Origin: Phoronis australis
Lineage: Eukaryota; Animalia; Phoronida
Assembly (NCBI GenBank): GCA_002633005.1
Contig: NMRA01000923.1
Span: 1 to 64,000 of the forward strand
Length of the DNA stretch: 64,000 bases
Direction of reading: 5' to 3'
Of the stretch, positions 60,601 through 64,000 are shown piece by piece. A model generated the notes under the pieces. It was not told where the DNA came from. It worked only from the letters and a program-made list of their open reading frames with translations, and did not search any database. Within the stretch, counting starts at the first letter, position 1. The number at the start of each line of letters is the position of its first letter. A program made the translations under genes and the position numbers.

Positions 60601-60693
60601 TGAGAAAATTTGAAAAACATTATTCAAAGGTAAAACCCATTCTTACCCCATTTGCAGAAGGACATTTACCATCCGGAGGGCAAATGGGTTCAA
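268..60693 (-). CDS. HSPG2: Perlecan (basement-membrane heparan sulfate proteoglycan core protein), partial multi-exon gene span; open at both ends
   Basis: Domain order LDLa-Ig-L4/LE x3-Ig(n). Perlecan-diagnostic motifs: [54 protein letters not shown]. Exon phases join in frame. Inclusion of exons above 56 kb is an inference. Confidence 0.93.
529..590. repeat. (GT/GCGT)n microsatellite
   Basis: Seen directly. Confidence 0.85.
1221..1400 (-). CDS. HSPG2: Exon: Ig second part (GNPPPILSW…[12 protein letters not shown]…)
   Basis: 180 nt, phase 1-1; partner first-half exon not visible. Confidence 0.9.
1715..1854. repeat. 35-bp tandem repeat x4
   Basis: ccggtctcacgcacccagtctataactagccatat. Confidence 0.92.
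4009..4299 (-). CDS. HSPG2: Exon: Ig (…[18 protein letters not shown]…[11 protein letters not shown]…)
   Basis: 291 nt, phase 1-1. Confidence 0.9.
4611..4949. repeat. Higher-order tandem repeat (90+35 bp = 125-bp unit)
   Basis: acatggtcagaaaagtgaacaaattgatt at 4611, 4701, 4736, 4826, 4861. Confidence 0.9.
4998..5140 (-). CDS. HSPG2: Exon: Ig second half (…[12 protein letters not shown]…)
   Basis: phase 2-1. Confidence 0.9.
5856..5988 (-). CDS. HSPG2: Exon: Ig first half (…[10 protein letters not shown]…[19 protein letters not shown])
   Basis: phase 1-2. Confidence 0.9.
6025..6110. repeat. 43-bp tandem duplication
   Basis: catgttacagta(t/c)acaccacgtgtaatacaacaacattgaggta twice. Confidence 0.85.
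6870..6987 (-). CDS. HSPG2: Exon: Ig second half (LQGNILRI…[11 protein letters not shown]…)
   Basis: phase 0-1. Confidence 0.9.
7505..7656 (-). CDS. HSPG2: Exon: Ig first half (…[16 protein letters not shown]…)
   Basis: phase 1-0. Confidence 0.9.
8494..8637 (-). CDS. HSPG2: Exon: Ig second half ([24 protein letters not shown]…)
   Basis: 144 nt. Confidence 0.9.
9278..9409 (-). CDS. HSPG2: Exon: Ig first half ([22 protein letters not shown]…[11 protein letters not shown])
   Basis: 132 nt. Confidence 0.9.
9470..10110. repeat. Two diverged direct copies (~9470-9720, ~9870-10110) of a dispersed repeat; inverted third copy at ~34085-34170
   Basis: Shared gtgtttacttacacagtccaactgggac and ataggggg…aacaattatcttc…aggaccataa. 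Confidence 0.7.
10388..10498 (-). CDS. HSPG2: Exon: second LDLa inside domain IV ([35 protein letters not shown])
   Basis: 111 nt, phase 1-1. Confidence 0.88.
11847..11996. repeat. 47-bp tandem repeat x3
   Basis: aataaaaataggaaatatggtgtgtaagacaggaaatgtagctggtg. Confidence 0.92.
12264..12383 (-). CDS. HSPG2: Exon: LDLa inside domain IV ([35 protein letters not shown])
   Basis: 120 nt, phase 1-1. Confidence 0.88.
12800..13087 (-). CDS. HSPG2: Exon: Ig (…[15 protein letters not shown]…SDYTCTARN…)
   Basis: 288 nt, phase 1-1. Confidence 0.92.
13658..13835 (-). CDS. HSPG2: Exon: Ig second half ([12 protein letters not shown]…[11 protein letters not shown]…)
   Basis: Resembles human YTLVWT…DAGTYVCTGSN. 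Confidence 0.92.
15606..15700 (-). CDS. HSPG2: Exon: Ig first half ([32 protein letters not shown]); a second donor would extend it to 15591
   Basis: phase 1-0; two in-phase donors. Confidence 0.85.
16950..17225 (-). CDS. HSPG2: Exon: domain IV Ig (…YTCQVEG…VTWIRADG…DSGKFVC…)
   Basis: 276 nt, phase 1-1. Confidence 0.9.
17675..17762 (-). CDS. HSPG2: Exon: last LE of domain III ([29 protein letters not shown])
   Basis: phase 0-1. Confidence 0.9.
18178..18291 (-). CDS. HSPG2: Exon: LE ([14 protein letters not shown]…[17 protein letters not shown])
   Basis: 114 nt. Confidence 0.9.
19659..19892 (-). CDS. HSPG2: Exon: L4 III-3 end/LE (…[22 protein letters not shown]…[16 protein letters not shown])
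   Basis: 234 nt, phase 0-0. Confidence 0.93.
20052..20135 (-). CDS. HSPG2: Exon: L4 III-3 ([28 protein letters not shown])
   Basis: 84 nt. Confidence 0.88.
20481..20573 (-). CDS. HSPG2: Exon: L4 III-3 ([31 protein letters not shown])
   Basis: 93 nt. Confidence 0.9.
20899..21090 (-). CDS. HSPG2: Exon: L4 III-3 ([11 protein letters not shown]…[12 protein letters not shown])
   Basis: 192 nt. Confidence 0.9.
21468..21608 (-). CDS. HSPG2: Exon: LE ([41 protein letters not shown])
   Basis: 141 nt. Confidence 0.92.
21828..21913 (-). CDS. HSPG2: Exon: LE ([28 protein letters not shown])
   Basis: phase 1-0. Confidence 0.92.
22431..22576 (-). CDS. HSPG2: Exon: LE ([30 protein letters not shown]…)
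   Basis: phase 2-1. Confidence 0.92.
22975..23096 (-). CDS. HSPG2: Exon: LE ([34 protein letters not shown])
   Basis: phase 0-2. Confidence 0.93.
23495..23608 (-). CDS. HSPG2: Exon: LE ([38 protein letters not shown])
   Basis: Perlecan GLYLGTCE motif. Confidence 0.94.
23812..24609. other. Probable assembly artefact: ~398-bp near-identical duplication around a single N (24211)
   Basis: Copies differ only by a SNP and a C-run length. Confidence 0.8.
24631..24690. repeat. (GT)n/(GTGTGC)n microsatellite next to a splice donor
   Basis: Seen directly. Confidence 0.95.
24698..24809 (-). CDS. HSPG2: Exon: L4/LE ([10 protein letters not shown]…[16 protein letters not shown])
   Basis: 112 nt, phase 2-0. 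Confidence 0.93.
25251..25369 (-). CDS. HSPG2: Exon: L4 III-2 ([32 protein letters not shown])
   Basis: Conserved perlecan REHxLMALA; phase 0-2. Confidence 0.93.
26327..26410 (-). CDS. HSPG2: Exon: L4 III-2 ([28 protein letters not shown])
   Basis: 84 nt. Confidence 0.9.
26882..26974 (-). CDS. HSPG2: Exon: L4 III-2 ([31 protein letters not shown])
   Basis: 93 nt. Confidence 0.92.
27982..28164 (-). CDS. HSPG2: Exon: L4 III-2 (…[13 protein letters not shown])
   Basis: 183 nt. Confidence 0.92.
29287..29427 (-). CDS. HSPG2: Exon: LE ([18 protein letters not shown]…[13 protein letters not shown])
   Basis: CFCMGV motif; 141 nt. Confidence 0.92.
29641..29854 (-). CDS. HSPG2: Exon: laminin EGF (FSREC…[13 protein letters not shown]…GRCICK)
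   Basis: LE consensus, phase 2-0. Confidence 0.93.
30206..30333 (-). CDS. HSPG2: Exon: laminin EGF ([36 protein letters not shown])
   Basis: LE consensus, phase 0-2. Confidence 0.93.
30712..30831 (-). CDS. HSPG2: Exon: laminin EGF (NCAPGYQR…[17 protein letters not shown])
   Basis: LE consensus. Confidence 0.92.
31511..31622 (-). CDS. HSPG2: Exon: L4/LE (LSEVSM…[16 protein letters not shown])
   Basis: 112 nt, phase 2-0. Confidence 0.92.
32446..32582 (-). CDS. HSPG2: Exon: L4 III-1 (…[22 protein letters not shown]…)
   Basis: 137 nt, phase 0-2. Confidence 0.92.
33476..33559 (-). CDS. HSPG2: Exon: L4 III-1 ([28 protein letters not shown])
   Basis: 84 nt, phase 0-0. Confidence 0.9.
33718..33810 (-). 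CDS. HSPG2: Exon: L4 III-1 ([31 protein letters not shown])
   Basis: SYGG motif; 93 nt. Confidence 0.92.
34557..34745 (-). CDS. HSPG2: Exon: L4 module III-1 (…[13 protein letters not shown])
   Basis: YWSLP motif; 189 nt. Confidence 0.9.
35369..35493 (-). CDS. HSPG2: Exon: domain III start, LE ([31 protein letters not shown])
   Basis: CFCFG motif; phase 1-0. Confidence 0.92.
36068..37680. mobile_element. Non-autonomous Helentron/HINE (DINE-1-like) element with internal ~305-bp tandem array
   Basis: subTIR acttggcggaatt (36092-36104) inverted to aattccgccaagt (37665-37677); extra inverted copy acttggcg (37653); hairpin cgctc-ggaa-gagcg (36076-36089); A-rich flanks; repeat units start ~36169, ~36479, ~36784, then N gap. 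Confidence 0.7.
37839..37903 (-). repeat. tRNA-derived fragment (SINE-head-like), not an intact tRNA
   Basis: Minus strand …ggtcgtgggttcaagtcccattggggca with B-box GGTTCAAGTCC; D and anticodon arms not coherent. Confidence 0.4.
38175..38462 (-). CDS. HSPG2: Exon: domain II terminal Ig (ITWRLNWGH...[11 protein letters not shown])
   Basis: Perlecan-diagnostic WRLNWGH; 288 nt. Confidence 0.95.
38845..38976 (-). CDS. HSPG2: Exon: LDLa 11 ([36 protein letters not shown])
   Basis: 132 nt, phase 1-1. Confidence 0.93.
39331..39450 (-). CDS. HSPG2: Exon: LDLa 10 ([35 protein letters not shown])
   Basis: Perlecan-typical CEPNEF repeat. Confidence 0.93.
40144..40272 (-). CDS. HSPG2: Exon: LDLa 9 ([35 protein letters not shown])
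   Basis: 129 nt, phase 1-1; resembles a conserved perlecan LDLa repeat. Confidence 0.92.
40380..40680. mobile_element. Degenerate foldback/MITE-like long inverted repeat
   Basis: ctctcataaaatcagtctcaaaatattc vs gaatattttgagaccgattctatgagag; pairing extends outward and inward. Confidence 0.55.
40917..41067 (-). CDS. HSPG2: Exon: Ig within domain II, second half (ALPAG...[10 protein letters not shown]...LSVDPLTR)
   Basis: DxGxYxC motif; phase 0-1. Confidence 0.88.
41582..41697 (-). CDS. HSPG2: Exon: Ig within domain II, first half ([38 protein letters not shown])
   Basis: Ig B-strand Cys and C-strand Trp; phase 1-0. Confidence 0.9.
42035..42154 (-). CDS. HSPG2: Exon: LDLa 8 ([39 protein letters not shown])
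   Basis: 120 nt, phase 1-1; acceptor abuts a minisatellite. Confidence 0.87.
42150..42825. repeat. Minisatellite, ~11 units of ~50-72 bp (consensus ~66)
   Basis: ggaggctgtggtggagagagggacatgtgatactgagtgaagtgatatga… repeated. Confidence 0.9.
43415..43522 (-). CDS. HSPG2: Exon: LDLa 7 ([35 protein letters not shown])
   Basis: 108 nt, phase 1-1. Confidence 0.9.
44239..44355 (-). CDS. HSPG2: Exon: LDLa 6 ([35 protein letters not shown])
   Basis: 117 nt, phase 1-1. Confidence 0.9.
45252..45377 (-). CDS. HSPG2: Exon: LDLa 5 ([36 protein letters not shown])
   Basis: 126 nt, phase 1-1. Confidence 0.9.
45706..45822 (-). CDS. HSPG2: Exon: LDLa 4 ([35 protein letters not shown])
   Basis: 117 nt, phase 1-1. 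Confidence 0.9.
47294..48361. mobile_element. Non-autonomous TIR DNA transposon, 8-bp TSD (P-superfamily-like CANRG termini; hAT possible)
   Basis: TIRs cacaggcacttgagttt / aaattcgagtgcctgtg; exact TSD gcttataa at 47286-47293 and 48362-48369; no transposase ORF. Confidence 0.8.
49313..49429 (-). CDS. HSPG2: Exon: LDLa 3 ([35 protein letters not shown])
   Basis: 117 nt, phase 1-1. Confidence 0.9.
50454..50812. repeat. Minisatellite, ~44-bp unit, ~8 copies
   Basis: catcggtgtaaacgaggtatgagaaagtgccagaattttgaaacat repeated. Confidence 0.92.
51560..51706 (-). CDS. HSPG2: Exon: LDLa 2 (..[40 protein letters not shown])
   Basis: LDLa consensus; only the distal tag acceptor keeps phase 1; gtgagt donor. 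Confidence 0.85.
54409..54537 (-). CDS. HSPG2: Exon: LDLa 1 ([36 protein letters not shown])
   Basis: LDLa consensus, phase 1-1, 129 nt. Confidence 0.88.
56262..56375 (-). CDS. Exon: integrin beta-tail domain, second half ([38 protein letters not shown])
   Basis: ttttcag acceptor, gttata donor; 114 nt, phase 1-1; resembles beta3 CTYKNEDDCVVRFQY. Confidence 0.8.
56763..57327. mobile_element. PIF/Harbinger (Tourist-like) MITE
   Basis: ~40-bp TIRs gggctgttccagtaaaatctg… / …cagattttgctggaacagccc; TTA on both flanks. Confidence 0.8.
56922..57034. mobile_element. 113-bp mini copy of the 47294 TIR family nested inside the Harbinger MITE
   Basis: Same termini (cacaggcgcttgaatttatc…gagaaattcgagcacctgtg); degenerate 8-bp TSD gttgactg/gttaaatg. 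Confidence 0.7.
57116..58856. other. Probable assembly artefact: ~870-bp near-identical duplication around a single N (57987)
   Basis: A few SNPs and indels; the second copy holds only the right half of the MITE. Confidence 0.8.
58946..59078 (-). CDS. Exon: integrin beta-tail domain, first half ([44 protein letters not shown])
   Basis: CPTC..C....CVEC pattern of integrin beta tail; 133 nt, phase 0-1. Confidence 0.9.
59251..59337 (-). CDS. Exon: integrin-beta I-EGF4-like ([29 protein letters not shown])
   Basis: cag/gtgagt; 87 nt, phase 0-0. Confidence 0.9.
59672..59794 (-). CDS. Exon: integrin-beta I-EGF ([41 protein letters not shown])
   Basis: CxGxGxCxCGxCxC integrin-beta motif; cag/gtatgt; 123 nt, phase 0-0. 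Confidence 0.9.
60647..60693 (-). CDS. Exon: start of integrin-type EGF ([16 protein letters not shown]), phase 1-0
   Basis: tgttgtag acceptor, gtaaga donor, 47 nt; joins next exon in frame. Confidence 0.75.
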
Positions 60694-62405
60694 CTACAAC
60701 ACAGAATGTAACAAAAATTAAAACATGGACAAATGATATACATGGTTATATTGGATAACAAACATTACCACTAACTACATGGCAACCCTCATGATGGTTG
60801 CCATGGAGAATCCAATCACCAACAACAGAGGTTTCACTTTCAAAACCCATGATGACAGTTGTACACCTACTCACAGCTTATACAGACATGGAATGTATAA
60901 AGAATATACAGTAGAGTATCCACAAATTGGGACAAAAATAAAATACCAACATCGTCATTGTCTATTTTTAAAAAAAAATACTTCATTGCTAAAAATGCTC
61001 AATAGATGATGATAGTTATATAATTCAAAGTGTGAAAATAATGAAGAAACGTTTCCTTCCAGTTTTCTAGTTGAAAATATTCATTAAGTAAAACATGACT
61101 GTTCCACCATATTCTGTTCTAACTGAAAGAAACATTACTGTAGTTCATGGACTAGTAGTGTGTGTCTCAAAATGTTCACCTGTAAATTTCAACTACAAAA
61201 AACAACTGACTTACCTTTGACCAATTAAGTATATTTTCAGGTGATGTTTTACCTTTGGCGTTTTTTAAATAGACTGAAAACAGTGTTGTCTGTCTGATAA
61301 CATAATTAAAAATAATAGTTTTCATTTCACCACTTGTTGAACTCCTAGGTAACTCTCTGATTTTCATAAACTAAAATGCAGTCTTGTGCTGACCACAGAC
61401 ACAGGTTAAGTCAAAAGCTGACTGATGTATTAGGTGAGGTAATATATAGCGTCTGTCCAAAAAACGACCTGGCGAAATTCCCAAGTCGCCCACTGGGAAA
61501 TGAGCTCATCAAAGGGAAAACCCATGTGCGGCAGTGCAGTGGTCCTGGCCTTCACAAACGACAGTACGAAAGATGACCGATTTGCAGCCTGTTCCACAGA
61601 CCAAAGAATCTCGAGAGGAAGCCAATGTGATCACATGCTCAGCTTGCTATTAATAGCAATATCTCGCAAAATCTTGCATTTTTGCGAGGACAAGTCTTCG
61701 CTTCCACGGAATGAACATCTGTTCAGCTAAGAAAGCAGCTAATCATAAAACATTCACTTCCTGAATTGAATTCCGTAACCACAAGAAATCCGCAAGCAAA
61801 ACCAGTATGATTGCCTTGCAGGTTTGTTTGTAATGCATGGTGATATCTCGCGACGACATGCATGATCTTGTGATTTTGCTAGTTTGTCTACAGAACAGGC
61901 CAAACAACTCCAGCTTCTGTCAATTTCATAACGTAAAATTGTCGCCAGGACTTGACAGGGACCTCAGGGGTCTTACACTCCACTGATTTATCCACATTAT
62001 TTTGAAATCGCTTTGCCCAGTCAAACATTGAGTGTCATAAAAGAGATAAGCATACCAGTAGAACTACTCTCTTTTATCACATTTGTGTAGACTCACAGTT
62101 TAACTGTGGATTTCTGTAGACACCAGACCGTCCTGAGTTGCATCATATACCAACTCCGGACGGTTTCGATTAAGCGTTATGTACTTCCTGTTATACTTTA
62201 AGAGCAGGTTAGGATGTGAGCTGAGGGTGGCATATGTACTGATTTCAAGAAGTTAATCTAACATTTGTAAACCAAAGGTGTTTTATTTGAAGAAAACGAT
62301 ATGACAGCTGAATTTTCTTTGTCCGACTTCTTCTGACTTTGGTTGCAAAAATCCGGTGACTTGTACAGGTTGCCAAAACAACCCCTGCAGAGGTTAACCA
62401 GGTCG

Positions 62406-62487
62406 ATAGTTCAGACTTCTGCGCTTATTACTGACTGCTATGCTTCAATAGTTCAGACTTCTGCGCTTATTACTGACTGCTATGCTT
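62406..62487. repeat. ~42-bp tandem duplication
   Basis: atagttcagacttctgcgcttattactgactgctatgctt twice. Confidence 0.85.
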
Positions 62488-64000
62488 GTTAACCAACCAC
62501 ATTAGCTGCTCACATCACCATAGTTCATATTGTAGTGTGACCCCATCACTAGCACCAATTTTTACCTTCTGTGGTGGTAAGCAATAAGGTCAATACTATT
62601 CCCTCACCGATAATATGCTCACTTGGCAATTACAGGCTAATAACAGGAGTAGGATAAAATAGTGAAAACCACCAAGTCAAATTTGACCTCTTCCCTTACA
62701 AATGATCACATCATTGTCTTCAGTGACAAGGTGGAACTTGTTGGACATTGGATGAGACCTTACTACTAAAACCAATGTCAGTCACCAAGATGACATGGTC
62801 AAAGGCAACATAGACTTTATTACAATGCCAATGTGGTGGGGAACCTGAAAGTCAGCAAGTGGTCAACGAAGTGGACATGGTGGACCACCACATCCTGCTG
62901 TGAATTCTGTAACTAAATCTGCCAGAAATTGCATGCTTTATCCTGCTTTTGTAGGCACTACATTTTCAACAGAAGTGCAATGATTTTATAACTACATGTC
63001 TTTTACCTTATTACCCATCAACCCGGATATGTTAAGTTCAACAGCCTATTTTCAATTAAGAACTGTGAGCACCCAAATACCAAGCACATTTTGAGAGTAG
63101 GAGGAACAGTCAAACCACATCTGAAGTTGAGAGCATGTTCTCAAAATTTAATGAAATTCACACCAGCACCTGAGTAAAACCACAACATTATCCATTACTT
63201 GTTGGGCCTAGCAAGGTGGCCACTGGTTTTGCTTCTGAGGACAGTGTTTTAATAAACGCCGAAACAACTGTCAAGCTGATTTAAATTCATCCTTGTTTTT
63301 ATCAACATTATTCTTAAATAACTTGAGACTTTTCCAACCAGGTATCAAATAGCCAGGTTAAAGATTGGATTTTTTAACTTCAGCTTGACAAATAAAGAAA
63401 CCGTTTCCCATAGTTCTAGTTCTCAGTGAGTAGTGTTTCATGTTACTTAGAGAGGGCATCTAAGTTTGACAGCAGGAAACAGAATTCTAAACAGCCTGCA
63501 AATCAGTCTTGATGATTTGGTAGCTTGGTTCTAATATTCTCAGACTTCAACCGATTACATTCCAAGCCCTTTGTCCTGCTATCAAAGGACAGATCACATA
63601 GGTTATCATAGACAAACACATTATGATAAATACTACTCTGGTGACTGGTGAGGACAGATAAGTTGACCACCTGTAAGCCCTTCAGTAAAATTTATGATGA
63701 TGGACTCATCCAGGAGTCCTGAGACAAATGACCAAAATTTAAAGATACTACCTCCACTACATTTTAGTTACATTCTTCATGGAATAGACATCAACATAAA
63801 TCAACTTTTAATGAAAACCTCATTCACAAATGATGTTCTTCCCACACAAAAAATTGAAAAAAGAACAGAATTTAATACTTAGTGACTTACAAAGATAACA
63901 GGCTGTCATCCAAAGCTCTCACGATTAATTCGCTTACAAGGAAAACATGCATTTCTAAAGATATCCGGAAATTTTCAAAGCTGTTTGTTCAACCTTCTTC

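Noticed and set aside
62097-62187. Possible upstream exon with a gtgagt donor
   Set aside because: Stops in all three frames and no recognisable domain.

Overview
Animal (invertebrate, probably lophotrochozoan or invertebrate-deuterostome) genomic DNA with assembly gaps. Almost the whole window is one large multi-exon gene on the minus strand: a perlecan/HSPG2 orthologue. I traced about 60 GT-AG exons by hand and their intron phases join in frame. In transcript order (high to low coordinate) the gene encodes: (1) an unexpected integrin-beta stalk module of 2 integrin-type EGF repeats plus a beta-tail domain, with no transmembrane or cytoplasmic exon; (2) domain II, 8 LDLa + Ig + 3 LDLa + Ig; (3) domain III, three laminin-IV (L4) modules with laminin-EGF repeats; (4) domain IV Ig repeats, with two extra LDLa cassette exons among them, running off the window start. 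The gene's 5' end and domain V lie outside the window. Introns contain a Helentron/HINE-like element, a P-like TIR element with an 8-bp TSD, a PIF/Harbinger MITE with a nested mini-element, and minisatellites (one built from a splice acceptor). There are also two single-N haplotype-overlap artefacts. The most notable observation is the apparent in-frame fusion of an integrin-beta leg module to perlecan.
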